64,000 nucleotides of DNA from Raillietiella orientalis (Eukaryota): the NCBI GenBank assembly GCA_036172245.1, contig JAYWIR010000010.1:2480001-2544000 (forward strand), given 5' to 3'. Every line of letters begins with the position of its first letter. The first letter of the stretch is position 1. Both the position numbers and the translations under genes were made by a program. The notes under the pieces are model-generated. The model made no database searches, had not been told where the DNA came from, and saw only the letters and a program-made list of their open reading frames with translations. Below, piece after piece: positions 40,350 through 53,117 of the stretch.

Positions 40350-40900
40350 AAAGGTACAACAAGGGTGGGGGAGATGTTCTGGGGGAAGGGATCGCTGGGA
40401 GACGTCCTCTGTGTCGTCCTGTTCAGGATACCTGCAAGTTGCGTCTTCACTTTGCCCAGGCGGGCCATCGCCAAGCGGACTTCAAAAAGAGACGTGTCCA
40501 ATGGATGGCGTCCCTGCCCATCTGGCCCCTTCTGGATGCGTTCCAGGCCGCCAGGATTCCGTGAATGCAGCAGAGAACTACCAAGGCCGCGGCCGGGAGC
40601 AGAGCGGCACGCATGGAGAGGCGCTTAAAAGTGTCCCTGGGGCCGCCTTCGGGGATGTCTAAGATTGTCCACAGACGATCCCAGAACGGTCGGAGGGCGG
40701 CACGGTCCATCAGAATGTGCGGCAGAGTGTCTTTGACACCGCACCTTTCGCAGCGGGCATCTACACTTCCCCGTGTCCGGTGAGAGAGGCGTGCTTTGCA
40801 TGGGATTCCTCAAGGCAACACTAGCAACGCCACCTCCTGCCACTTCATAGGGAGGGTGCCACTGTCCCAACACGCTGGGGACCACTTCTTAGCACAAGAG
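40350..40900 (-). mobile_element. 3' fragment of a LINE ORF2 (Tx1/L1-like zinc-finger region)
   Basis: LPMKWQEVALLVL..GIPCKARLSHR followed by ARCERCGVKDTLPHILMDRAALRPFWDRLW, a degenerate CxxC..ETxxHIL..C..FW zf-RVT-type pattern. GC-rich island in AT-rich DNA. Confidence 0.65.
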
Positions 40901-43663
40901 GTCAAGTGGTACTATGTCTGTTATTATCATTGGGTTAAACGTGTGTAGGTACGATGAACCCCCCCCATATCCATTTCATTGTACTTTGTGCAAAGTGCAT
41001 AACTGTTGTGTCAATGTGCGTAACGTAACTGTGCGTTTTAAACAAGCAAACTTTGGTCACTGATCATAGGTTTTCTTCCCTCAGCCATTGCCACTGTGCT
41101 TTTTTTATGGTGTTTTCATGTCTTTGGATGTGATCAACGTGGATGAAAATACAAATTAAGTCTTTCTCTTGCATCTTGACGCACGTCTGCTTATTTTTTG
41201 AAGTGTAAATTAGTGTCAATAGTGTCGAATTTTGGTGCAGCCTAATTGGCATTTCTACCATTGAAAGTTTTCAAATCTTGCAGTCAACAGTAAAGCTTCC
41301 CGTATCCAATGTTGCGGAAGGGTTGAAAATCGACTGCAACATATACTTCGTTCCTCGGAGAATCTTACGAAAATCTGAAATATACGCCGGCTGCAGGAAA
41401 AAAGAGCAAAAAGTCTGGGAATCTCAAATCTCCCTCCCCACGTGTCTCACTCAATTGTCACCATATGTCACTTCGCAAAATCTGAATCCTTAATCTCAGC
41501 CAATCCATATTTTGGACACGCCAGAAAAGTTCACGAATATTTCAATTATCTATTAGAAAAGTATAGATAGAAAAATATTGGAGATAGCCAACAGCCAATA
41601 ATTTGTCAGCTGATCTTTAAAATCATAAGTGAGGACTGTAAACAAGAAATGCTTCCTTTTACCTGAGTGTCGCGGAGTATTCTTGTACTTTAAGCAATAA
41701 ATTTGTCTAAATTTTGGGATGGAATATTCTAAGAGATTTGAAGATGGTAATTAAAGGCCGGTTGTAATCTGGGAATACCCTTACCTTAACAAGCTGGCAG
41801 TAATTTATGCATATTCAAATAGAAAGGCGTAAGAAAACTTGAAAATCCTAGAGAAAGGAATCCTAGGCTTCTAAATTCAGGAGTGTAAAAAGTAACTGCA
41901 TGTACCTCATTATTTTTAGTAGGCGACACTGTGTGTTTTCTTGGGTACCCGCTCAAGTATTGCTAAATTCCTCATTTAGGCATCCATTATTGGAAAGGCG
42001 ATCTTTATATAATATTGTTTTATATACATAGCATCCATTTAAACAAAAAATGAAAAGTCCAACATCGATTTCCTGTTATATTCTGAAAAGACGGGCGGAT
42101 TAATACGGCGTTGCACATTAATTTGTAAAAATCGATTTTGTCCCGTTTGTTGATAGGCGAATCCCATGGTATTAGGAATTTTCCCTTTTTTACATAGAAC
42201 AAGCACTTCATTTGCATACATGAGAACTTGCTCAATAATAATAATGACCTTTTATCCTAAAGAACTAAATTTTGCCTCTTGAACTTTCGATACGAGATAG
42301 ATGTCACCAGCATAACTGAAAAGAAGTTCTCTCCAGAGGCCAAGTTTTCTCGATGAAATTCAAGCATGCTCGTGTTCTCTGAAAATTGGCTATTGTAATT
42401 AAAACAAAAAAAATCCATGAAAAGCTTTTAAAAAATTGACTGTAATCTTCTAGTCGGATGCATAATTAAAGGTATAATAGGGAAGAATTTAAATACATGG
42501 CTATTGCATTCAATTTTGTTAAAGGTTTCACCGAATCACTCGTTCTTCATAGCGAAAAAAGTTGCAGTTGCTATTTGCCCTCTGGTCAATGAAAAAGAAT
42601 TCATTCAATGACAATGCAAGCAGATGTTATCGCTGTTAGCATCCGAGTGCATTGATTTCTAGAAGAATACATGGCAACTCCCGTTCGTTTTTTTATACGA
42701 ATTTAGTGAGCCCTAAGTAAAGGTTCACATCAGATATTCTGATCTCCTTAATTCTATTTAGCTTGTCCTTATCCGTAACTAAATAAACATACAAGATAGT
42801 ACTTTTATTCTTCGTATCGTTTTAATTCATGGTATTTGTAGACTTGGCATATTGATTAGATCGTCTTTCACAAGTTTCTGCTTTGCAAAACTTCAGTGGT
42901 CATTTTTGCTGCCAAATAAATGGTGCCGACGCCTCACGAAATGGAATTTCTGTTTGCGAAGTTCAGCCTTCTGTGGCAGAGCTATGTCGATTGCCATTGC
43001 CAAAACATTTCTCTTTCAGTGAGAAACAATGTTTTTAGATGATCCCTCATTAATGCAATGACAAAAACCAAACGTACTATGCAAAAATACAGCGTATTAC
43101 TGTCAACGAATAGTTCCTTCAGGAAATTTCGACCTACTGGTAGTATGATCTATTGAATAAAAAACAGTGTAGGATGACTCTTGAAATAAGGAATGAAATA
43201 TTGGAGGCACAAACGTCTTTTTACGTTTCAACATGAGTTCATGTTTAATAAAATGCTCCCCATGACTGTCTGAAAGAGAGGAAAACACAGGAATTTTCAA
43301 GGACGGAAGATAAATTTTTATTGAAATTTCCTGAGGGCAAGCATCCAGAGGGATTCAAATCATCAGCACCGATGTTGCTGCTTTGAATTGCACTTTGCGA
43401 TGTTGTGGAATACACTTTCATCTCATCAGTGGGATTTCGGAAAACTTCAGACGAAATTCGACAATCTCAAATGAGCTTATAGAGTATAACATTATGCCAA
43501 AAAAAAAAAAATCGTCATTAACCTGCAAAACTATTCCTCTCACTTTTATGCGGACTTTTGTACTTGGTTAGTTCCACAACCACGATGTTTGCAACACTTT
43601 GTGTGTTTATGCGGTGGAGGATGCCGAACTTTTCGTGTGTATAGTAAGCAGGAAGCTGAGGCA

Positions 43664-45701
43664 ATGTGGACCAACATGTTCATGGTCGTTGGTTGCATTG
43701 TCTTGTTAACAGCAATCTTGAGAAAACTTATCGAAAGGAAATGGTGTTATTGCAAGAATACTGATCAGATGGATGGACAAGTTGTTCTTATAACTGGTAG
43801 CACATCAGGTCTTGGATGGGCACTGACGAAAGTTGTCGTGAAAAAAGGTGGAAAAGTCTTAATGGCCAGCCGTGATGTTGGAAAAGCAGAGCGCCTTATC
43901 ACCGGGTTCTCACGCAGCCGATTCGCTGGGCAAATGGTATTCTAAACTTGTTTCCTATTCTGTTAGCAATAGTTTATGGCCTACTAAACAGTTGCCGATT
44001 TAGTTTTTAGATTAATGTTTTTTACATTTTTGCCATAATGTCACAGATCAGTAAGGTTACGGCAAATGTTTACCTGCTTTACTGTATTTTCATTTGTTTT
44101 TTATTATATTTTTACGTCGCAGTATTGCATTTTGTCAGTGTCATTTTTGAAGCTTTCCAACTACTTATTGCAAAAATGCACATAACAGTATTACAGGTGT
44201 AATGCTATAGTAGTATAGCTTTTCGTTTGCTGGTGATTAAATCAAATGCCCTTACTGGAGTTTCTCAATTATTAATAGTTACATTCTCGAAATACAGTTT
44301 CTGGATTTTCATTCGTTTTCAGAAACCAATTTATTTGGATTTACTTGATTACCAGTCCATTATCAATGCTGTCCAGCATATTTCTGATTGCCAGCTCAAG
44401 ATTGAATGCCTCATTTTAAATGCTGGCATCTATAAATTACCCAAAGATACTTCAGAAACAGAGAATGGTTTAGAAATTCATTTTGCTAGTAATTATTTTG
44501 GTCACTTCATTCTTACTAATCTTTTACTGAGATGTGAACATCCACCCTCCAAGTAGGTAAGGTGCTTTATTTCTTGGTAATTCAGTATTTTATTTGAATA
44601 TTACATAAATAAGAATGTAAATATGAACAGACTTCCTAAACGTTACACTGTTGATGATGTTTAGGGATTACTAACTGCATATCCTGTAGTCTGTGTGCTT
44701 CTACTGTGATGGTATAATTTATATAAACAAAAATGAAGTGTTTTCATATATGAATGTAGTCCATTTTAAGAAATACTGAGGTATGAACTCAAATCCGATT
44801 TAAAAAGTCTGTATATGTAAACTTATTTTTATGAGAATGTCCAATCAAAAGTTATTCATCTTGACTATTGATAAGGGAACCAATTTAAAGAATACTTTGA
44901 GGTAGATACTGCAGAATTACAAATATATGCAAACGTGGTTTTTTTTTATAAAAATGAGGCATTACTTTAGTGAAACCTCGATATATTTCATAATAAAGTT
45001 TTCTTGGTTATCATAAAGCATGTTAGATTCCACATAATATAAATGCATTTTAAGAAAAGATTGTAACTCTAGGTGCACTGCGATTTTCCCTATGACTATG
45101 TGTTTTTGTGTAGAATTAAAATCATGTTTTCCCAGCTTCATGCTAATGATTTATTTTTCAGAGTTATTATAGTTACATCTTCTTTATTTAAGTATGCTGA
45201 TTTGAGCATAAGTACATTAAGTGTTCCGAGTCATAATGTTGCTGCAACACCGAGAACACATTCAAACATGGCTTATAACAATTCAAAATTTGCTTGCCTA
45301 TTGTTTGCTCGAGAATTAGCTGATAGATTAAAAGAAACTGGCATCAATGTTTATGCAGTCTGTCCTGGATTTGTGTGCACCAATCTTATCAAAAAAGTAT
45401 GGATACAAGAGAGTTTTTGGAAAAAAATTCTGTTTATTCCTGTTTTACTGCTGATGAAGACTCCTTTCCAGGTTTTGTTTAATTTTTAACATTATGATAT
45501 AGTATTTATAATTTATAACAGGGCATCCAGACCATTCTGCACTGTATGTTAGAGAAGAATTTAGTTTCCGGAAATTGTTATTCAAACTGTAATGAATTGC
45601 CGTATCACCAAAAGAATGATGAATTACAGAAAGCACTTTGGACATACACTGAGAATCTGATGCTTGAGAATCCAAAAATTTCAGAGTATATAATGAAATA
45701 A
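43664..45701 (+). CDS. Short-chain dehydrogenase/reductase, retinol dehydrogenase 11-14-like, 330 aa, 4 exons
   Basis: Exons 43664-43936, 44323-44552, 45162-45471, 45522-45701 give one open frame. N-terminal TM anchor, VLITGSTSGLG (TGxxxGxG), LILNAGI, GLEIHFASNYFGHFILTNLLL, VIIVTSS, catalytic YNNSK, VCPGFVCT, GIQTILHC. Confidence 0.93.
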
Positions 45702-46269
45702 ACTTGGAAGAGTTTGCAGGAACCACTTGGTCATTTCAAAACCCAAAATAAAGATAACTCTTTTAGTGAATAAGGAGGTTCTGAATCCTTAAAGTCTTTC
45801 ATATCTAAGTTCCTTCATTTAAGAACTACCAACATCTACCTCCACACTGCAGGAAGTGCCACAAGTTTATTAGACTGCTTCAGCAGCCTTCATAAGTTTG
45901 ATTGATAAGCAAGTTTAACAATGAATTGAGTAGTCTAACGCTAACAACCCTAAGGAGTAATCTAATGTTAACATGATAGTAAAAAAACACTAAAACTTGC
46001 ATTCACTCTCCATTTGTTACTCCTCCCCCCACAAAGAACACTTCTTGTCTGTGTTCTCAGGGTGAGACTTTCAGCCTAAGTCAAACAATGCACTTAATGA
46101 TCGAAATCAAATTATCCTGAGATGGCAGCTGCCTCTATGCATATTTTTACGTAGCATGAATATTACAATGCATGAAATTAGTGCACTTAATGGTTGTGCT
46201 CTAATGTCACTATGCGGAGCTACATAGGTAGATGGTAGCGATAGCAATCAAATCAAGAACCCCAACACT

Positions 46270-46560
46270 TGAAAGAATTAGGAGTGCCTGAACCAACTGT
46301 ACGTCTTCGTATGCAGGAATGCCAAGAAATCTTGGAAGAAATCTTTGGAAATAGGCGGCAAATACTGAAAGTTGATGCTTAAATGACGGTCATTCTCTCT
46401 AACACAATTGAGGATCCAAGTTTCGCCACCATTAGAGAATCCTGTGCAGTTCTGTAGCTTTCTGTAGCCAGGAATATGCGATATTAATACGCATCAGTTC
46501 CACCTAGAAGCAGCGTTCGGAGATCGGCATCCGTGGTGTGTAGCATTGTGAACCGTCCAC
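46270..46560 (+). mobile_element. Possible highly decayed Tc1-like transposase N-terminus
   Basis: KELGVPEPTVRLR (HTH-like), then FATIRE and ISST*KQRSEIGIRG resembling the second HTH of Tc1 transposases. No convincing DDE region seen. Confidence 0.3.
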
Positions 46561-48069
46561 TCGATTCTTATACGCACCCGTCGCACGTTCTTGAACGGAC
46601 ATACTACCGGTTTCGACAAAAAACTTCCCAGTGGTTGGGAGTGAACAGACTTTGAGCGAAAATCGGTCCTCGTCCTGCTAATCGGTCCTCATGTTCTCAC
46701 GTTCGACACGAATTACTTTGCATGCGTAGGTAAAAGTTAGCGATGCTTCATCTGTGAACATGGAAAATTTGTTTGCACTGAACCCTTCCTTCACTTTTAG
46801 CTAAACTAATAAAATTGAAATGCACTATTATATTCTATACTATTGCTTTTTCAAGACAGCTGAATTTCCTTCACTCCTACTGACGCACCTTCTGACTGTC
46901 ATTCTGCTAAATATCCTGAAATGCCCGTATCGTTTGTTCTTGTCTTCCATTTAAAGAACACAGCATCGTACTCAACCTCGGTAATCTCATGAACAAGTAT
47001 CCCTAGCAACGCAACACCCACTACTCTGAAACCAATTACATCTGAAATTAGCTCCCATTATTAAAATGAGAAATCTGCTCAAAAAGTAAAAATGCGGTCA
47101 TACCACAGTATTTCCAAGAATCTCTTATTTCTAGTCGTTGGGAAATCATGCTTACAAATCGGTTGCAGTCTTGTGTTGGTTTTGCATCCCACTTTTTGAG
47201 GGCCTTATTTTTCAGCTTTCACGGGCCTTTCCGGTTATTTCAGGTGTTTGTAGAGCAATATGGAGGTTGATAGCCGTATGGATTATTATTTCTTCTATTC
47301 ACCTTTCCTCTCAAACCTTCCTGTACTCGCAACTTTGGAAGAATATGTGACGAGACGATCGAAAATGAAATGAGAAAACAGCAGACAAATAAGAGCCGGG
47401 AATGGAAAGAAAGTCGTATTGGAGTCAAAGTGGTAAAAATCTTAAAAGAAGGATCATTTGTTTTGTATGGATTCAACTTGTTCAGCAACACAAATGTTGC
47501 TTTTCTCGTCTCGACGTTTCGGTGTCCTGAAGCACCATTGATGCTGGGGAAGTAGGCAGTGACGGGATTATTGGTGGGTTCCGATTGCTTCCAGGAAGAT
47601 GGCTAACCAACTTTTCACACATCTCGCTCAGAGCTCTGAGTAAATCACACATATTGATCTCACGATTGTTTATTGGTCATACACTATAGGAAAGGAAATA
47701 GAGGATACGTCTAGGTGTTCTTAGGCTCTCCAGGAAGAACTGCAAGTGTAGATCAGGAGATTTGCCCTAATGGCCAAATTAGTGGAAGCACACTGGTCCT
47801 TTACTGTGTACCTAATCCCGAGGCAAGCGGTCGGTTGCGCTGTTGCTGCGTTATCCTGGTTCCATGATGGAAGCCTCCGGATTTTTCCTGAGACAGAAGG
47901 AGCAGATGACCTCCCTTGCTGGAGCAGCATTTCCACTAATGTTTTTGTTTCACAAATGAAGTGCCAGATGATGGCACAAGTCACCAGGGATTCTCCTCCA
48001 TGACCAGTGTCGTTTTTCTTCCTCTCCATTTCATCCTCCATTGGAGGGTGCGATTTGAAGATGGTTTCT

Positions 48070-48465
48070 CCATTAGACCAGTGACCCAACCTGTGCTCGA
48101 GCAGTCTCCTCCGAAGTAGAGTGTGTTGGAGAATACCATTTTCCTTTTCATGCTCTCCATCCGTTGCTCAGGGAACCTTCTGTGCTCTCACTGCTTCTTC
48201 ATTTTCTGGATCCCAGATCCGAGGGATCCTGAGACGATCGCTCTGACTGGTACTCTTTTTATCGTAGATGAGGAGAGTCAGTTCTCCGTAACTTCTTTCC
48301 TTTCTTCTTCTACAACTTTGAGGGAAGGTTCGTGAAGTCAAAGCAGGGTGCAGATTGTTGCTTTCCCGTTAGGCTGGAGCACTGAATCTGGTTTCCAGGA
48401 GAGGCGTCGATAAATGTGAAACCGCTCAAGTCCTTAAATCCGGCTGACTTATTTTCACTGATTTT
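48070..48465 (-). mobile_element. Second 3' fragment of an RLE-type (NeSL/Utopia-like) non-LTR retrotransposon
   Basis: WKPDSVLQ (PD motif), then AIVSGSLGS / WDPENEEAV..MESMKRKMVFSNTL..LEHRLGH with frameshifts. Same C-terminal pattern as the 39.5 kb fragment. Confidence 0.65.
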
Positions 48466-48471
48466 CTTCCT

Positions 48472-49072
48472 CTAATTTACTAATTTCACAAGTATTTTTT
48501 TTAATATTACTTTCTAATTGTATTATTTTTTCTTTATTACTTTCAATTACTGCATGTTGCTTCCTATTTGCTTGTATTAATTGGTCTTTTTCTATTTTTA
48601 GATCATAATGTCTTTTTTCTATATTACATAAAAGTTGATTTGCTTTATCATTAAATTTTTCAACTATATTTTCGCATTTATTTTTTATATCTTGATAATC
48701 ACAATTAAATCTTGATATCTCACTTTCAATGTTTCTGTTTCTATTAATTTTTCCAAGGGGAAAAATTCTAATAACAAAATTTTTAAAAGAATTTATTTTT
48801 TGTCTTTCTAAATTTTTATTAATTCTTTTTTTAAAAAGTTTTAATTTAGTTCGTTATGAATTCAACTGTAATTTTACATTATTAATAGTTTCAAATGCAG
48901 AAGTAAACTCAATATGTTTATCATTAACACCATTACTATTAAGTTCAGATTTTATAGACTTATCAATATCTAATAAATAATTTTGCTCTATAATAACAAC
49001 TTGTTCTTTTAATGTTTCAAAATCATTTTTATCTTCAACTAATCAAAATTGTTTTTCTTTTGGACTTAGCAT
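48472..49072 (-). pseudogene. Mollicute coiled-coil hypothetical protein, disrupted
   Basis: MLSPKEKQF(TGA)LVEDKNDFETLKEQ... in code 4; in-frame TAA near 48856 and a frameshift near the 3' end. Confidence 0.6.
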
Positions 49073-49164
49073 GTTTTTCACTCTTTTTTAAAGGCATAAA
49101 AACCCATTTCCTTTGAAATAAAGCAATGGATTAAAAATTATATACACATTTTACAATGGTATTA

Positions 49165-49935
49165 TATGCTTTTTTTATCTAAAAGCAAGTTAATAACATC
49201 TACAAATTGAAGCAAATTATAATAAAATTCCTTTGCTGAACTCTGTTTTGAAAAATAATTCATTTTATTTCATTCAGCAATTAAATTTTGTTTTAGTAAA
49301 TTTCCAGGTTTAATCTTTGAGAAATTATTACGATATAAATTTACTTTTTGAACAAAACTTAAATATTTATCAACTCTTTTGGGTTCTAAAACCAACATCA
49401 TTTTTTTAGATAATACATTACCATAATCATTAACATTTAAATTAATTTTATTTCAATTTAAAAATTTAATGATTTGTTCTTACATTAATTTTTGTGACTC
49501 AAAAAAATAAATACTTCATTCTTGAACACCTAAAAATTCACGAATTTTTTCTAATTTCTTTCTTGTTTTAACATCAAATTGTGCTATGCTCACTTCAATA
49601 ATGTCGTTTTTAGTATTTTTATCAAACCAAAAAAGCAAATCATCAAGTAATATTTTAATAAATTTTCTTTTTTTACAATAAGGAAAATCATCTCTAATTC
49701 TTTTATGATATTCCAAAATATTCTTACTTGATCAAAGAATTTCTACTCATTTTTTACCTAATAATTTTTCGTTTTTACTATAAAAAATACCATCATAATT
49801 TGAAGTTATGATGTTTTTTTTTATTTTCTTTAAAACTATTTTGAATAAAAAAAAAATGAATTTTGGTTATATCTTCCAAAATTTGGATACTTACTATTTT
49901 TAGGATTTAATTTCATAAAATTTCAAATATGTAAA
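49165..49935 (-). pseudogene. Mollicute hypothetical protein (~250 aa), disrupted
   Basis: Code-4 frame ..YHKRIRDDFPYCKKRKFIKILLDDLLFWFDK..GVQE(TGA)SIYF..; frameshift in the A-tract near 49850 and a TAA near 49481. Family not recognised. Confidence 0.5.
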
Positions 49936-50183
49936 CCTAAATCAATTTTATTCATTTTTATTTCTATCTTTTTCTTTCTTGGATACTTTATTTAATAATT
50001 TAATACCATTTTTTGTGTCTCTTTTATGTTCTTTTTTTGTTCTTGATAAAGGATTATATCTAGGATCTGTACATCAACGAATAAAAATACCAACTGCAAC
50101 TGCAACTAGAAATAATGGAATACCGATTCCTGAACATCTAGAATAAAGTAGACACAAAATGTAACCTTTGTGTTAAAAACACT

Positions 50184-50975
50184 TTAAGGAGGGTGTTTAT
50201 TTTTTGGGATTGGTATTATATTTTCACTAGAAAAAATATTAATTTGACCAAAACTAACATTAGCACCACCAGAATTTTGACCATGAATATCAAAAAATAC
50301 AGTTAAATGTCTTAAATTTGGAACACGAACAGGCATAGTAACAAAATTATATAAATGTTGATTATAAACATCATTATCAATTTTAGCTTTAGAAATATAT
50401 TTAACATTACTGTCATAATCTAAAAAACTAAAAGTAAAATCACCAGTAAATGTCTTAAAACGTTCGAATTCAAAATAAAACATAAAACCTTGAATATAAA
50501 AACTCAACGGTTTACCAATCTCAAAATCTAACTGTGTTTGAAAATTTTCAATAAAATAATTATTTGAAAAAGTTAATAAATTATACTTATCAATAGGTAT
50601 AAAATTATGATTAAACATAATACGTGAAAAAATATCTAATTGATCTTTATCAAACTCATAAACACCAGTTTTTAAATCAATGCCGCAAGGTTTAACACCC
50701 GAGACACCACTAACATGTTGAACAAAATAATCACCTTCACCATTACCAACAAAAGTACCACGAACTAATTTTAAATCTGGTTGGTCAACATCAAAATAGG
50801 CAGAATTTCATGGAATAGTTGCTCAATCATTAAAACTATGATATTTAACATACTTAACCATTTCTTTTTTAATATCATAATTAACAACATTAGGATCATT
50901 TGAAGCAATTAAACTAGTGGGTGCTTGAAAAGAAGTATTTACAACAAAAAACAATTTAGCAAATTTAAATCACAT
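50184..50975 (-). CDS. Putative plectrovirus minor virion/adsorption protein, 263 aa in code 4, possibly C-terminally truncated
   Basis: Open frame M(TGA)FKFAKLFFVVNTSFQAPTSL...IPIPKNKHPP* when TGA=Trp; N-terminal hydrophobic stretch; last gene of the phage module. Function inferred from position only. Confidence 0.55.
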
Positions 50976-50978
50976 AAT

Positions 50979-51169
50979 TATTTACCAAATAAACATTTTA
51001 AAATTCACCATGAACCATAAAACAAAACAAATACAATAAAAAACTGAGTTCCATAAACTACTAAATTTCATAAAATAGTAGTAAAATCATCAACTGGATT
51101 ACCTATAAACATAGTTCAATAATCAACAATATATTGATGTATTTTATTATAAATTTCTAAAACACTCAT
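50979..51169 (-). pseudogene. Small hydrophobic phage ORF, frameshifted near the 3' end
   Basis: MSVLEIYNKIHQYIVDY(TGA)TMFIGNPVDDFTTIL(TGA)NLVVYGTQFFIVFVLF. Confidence 0.5.
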
Positions 51170-51178
51170 ACTTAACAG

Positions 51179-51376
51179 CTACCAAAACAATGACCTAAAA
51201 ACAAATTTAATACTACGATAAATAAAATTAAAAAATACACCTAATACTAACCAAAAAGTCAAATTAAACAAAATGCAAACTTCATTAGTGATATTTGATT
51301 GATTTAAAAATATTTGAATATCTTTACGAGAAAATGTAAAAATAAAATGCAATATACTAACTACAAAATTAGACAT
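51179..51376 (-). CDS. Small hydrophobic phage protein, 65 aa
   Basis: MSNFVVSILHFIF...LFNLTFWLVLGVFFNFIYRSIKFVFRSLFW; AGGTG SD-like motif upstream; TM followed by a basic C-terminus. Confidence 0.55.
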   Translation of the reverse strand: MSNFVVSILHFIFTFSRKDIQIFLNQSNITNEVCILFNLTFWLVLGVFFNFIYRSIKFVFRSLFW

Positions 51377-51384
51377 AATAACAC

Positions 51385-51774
51385 CTACTTAATATACTTA
51401 GGATTATAATAATGTTCATATCCACTAGCAGGAGCAACAGCAGTACCTTTTTGTTTATAAGAATAAGTACCACCTTTATAACATTGAATGGGTGCCACAC
51501 CAGACTCTCCATTATGATAAGCATTAGCAATATCTTTACCAGCACCAATACTGACCACAACAGCAGATTTACCAATAAATTTAACACCATAAAATAATCC
51601 TAGTGTTGGTAACATTAATTCGGGTAAAATAACTCTAAATGCAAATCTAAGCAAAATTAAAAATATCATTAATGTACCCAAGTTAAAACCTAAATCACCA
51701 ATAGGAAAACTAGAAAACTTCATAAAAATTAAAGCAAATAATTGCATAACAGTTGTAATAAAAGGTATAAACAT
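51385..51774 (-). CDS. Phage membrane protein, 129 aa
   Basis: MFIPFITTVMQLFALIFMKFSSFPIGDLGFNLGTLMIFLILLRFAFRVILP...; open in both codes; AGGATG upstream. Confidence 0.55.
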   Translation of the reverse strand: MFIPFITTVMQLFALIFMKFSSFPIGDLGFNLGTLMIFLILLRFAFRVILPELMLPTLGLFYGVKFIGKSAVVVSIGAGKDIANAYHNGESGVAPIQCYKGGTYSYKQKGTAVAPASGYEHYYNPKYIK

Positions 51775-51786
51775 AATTTCACATCC

Positions 51787-52040
51787 TAATGTCTTGTAAA
51801 TCTAAATAATCCCAAAATTAAGTAAAATACAAAACTAACATTTATTAAAGAAAGAATAGGCAAAGGTAAAGTGTATAAACTATCATAAAAAAATGACTAA
51901 ATAAAAAGTGTCACAGTATGTAACCCAGCAAAAGAACTTAAATACTGCATATAAATAGTTTGTACCAAAATATTAACAAACGGTAAAAGTTTACCTAATA
52001 AAGGTAAAACAAAAACCAAATAAAAAAATAACTTTACCAT
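51787..52040 (-). pseudogene. Hydrophobic phage ORF with an internal stop
   Basis: MVKLFFYLVFVLPLLGKLLPFVNILVQ...TLFI*SFFYDSLYTLPLPILSLINVSFVFYLILGLFRFTRH; AAGGAAG SD upstream. Confidence 0.5.
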
Positions 52041-52062
52041 TTGCTTACTTCCTTTCTAATTA

Positions 52063-52267
52063 CTAATGTGTTCCATGAATAATATGTCTCGCAAATTGCT
52101 TGATAAACGCTAATACCATAAATACAATTGAAATTAACACTGGTCAATTTGTAAGTGCCACCATCGCCAGTTGTAAATACTCAACCAAAAATATAAGTAA
52201 AAGCATTTAATAATTGTTGTCCAACACCACCAATCATATTTAATAATGTTAATAATCCAGTATGCAT
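52063..52267 (-). pseudogene. Candidate major coat protein-like ORF, frameshifted
   Basis: Strong SD (AAAGGGGGTG); MHTGLLTLLNMIGGVGQQLLNAFTYIFG(TGA)VF.. shifts to ..LTN(TGA)PVLISIVFMVLAFIKQFARHIIHGTH*. Amphipathic N-term, one TM and basic tail, as in filamentous phage coat proteins. Confidence 0.45.
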
Positions 52268-52268
52268 A

Positions 52269-52520
52269 TTAATCACCCCCTTTCTCTAATTCTTTTTGTT
52301 GTTTTTCCAATTCTAATTTACGTTTTTTCTTTTCAAAATCTCTACGACAAAAAGTACAATCAGGGTCATTTTCTTTTTCCTTTACATGTTTTTTGTGTCT
52401 AAATTTCTGCATACCCTCATGTATTCAATTACGACAAAATCAAAGTATAAGGCAAAAGCCACCAATATATAATGCATATTTTATAATCCCCTTAAAATCC
52501 ACTTTAATCACCAACTCCAT
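52269..52520 (-). CDS. Phage protein with one TM, a CxxC motif and a charged tail, up to 83 aa in code 4
   Basis: ..KGIIKYALYIGGFCLIL(TGA)FCRN(TGA)IHEG..DPDCTFCRRDFEKKKRKLELEKQQKELEKGGD*. True start may be a downstream GTG. Confidence 0.5.
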
Positions 52521-52547
52521 ATTTTTCTTTTAATTTTTTTAAAACTT

Positions 52548-52814
52548 TTACATATACAACAAACCTAAGCCTAAAAATGTCTTTTTATACCTAATAATAA
52601 CTTTATTTTTAGTAGTAGATCTTTGATTAATATTCCATGTATCAATTGCTAACTTTTTACTAAATAACAAAGAATTAATAGAACCTAAAATTGGGTCTTT
52701 TAAATATTGACCATAATAAGCACTAACTCCAACCATTGCACTTAAAGGACTTAATTCAGTTCTTAAAATTTTAGTTAAAGTATAATTACTAGTTTGCTCT
52801 AATTCATTAGACAT
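52548..52814 (-). CDS. Phage hypothetical protein, 88 aa
   Basis: TAAGGAG SD upstream of ATG; MSNELEQTSNYTLTKILRTELSPLSAMVGVS... Confidence 0.55.
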   Translation of the reverse strand: MSNELEQTSNYTLTKILRTELSPLSAMVGVSAYYGQYLKDPILGSINSLLFSKKLAIDTWNINQRSTTKNKVIIRYKKTFLGLGLLYM

Positions 52815-53117
52815 AAATAAAACTCCTTACTTTTTATTAAAAAGGAGCATATTTAAACTTTTTTGTGTACTTTGCTCCCATGTTATACAAATTAGTATAA
52901 ATATGCTCCCTATTTAGTTTTTTTAATTTTCTTTTTGTTGTAATTGCCCTTTTTGTTTAACCAAAGCAATATTTAAAATATAATTTGGACAATAATACTG
53001 TTTAGTACATAAATTTTGTAAAACTTTTAGGACAAATAACTTGACCACAAAGTTCACATATATAAATTGATAAATGAAAAAATTGCTGACAAACACAATT
53101 ATTAATTTTTGACATAA

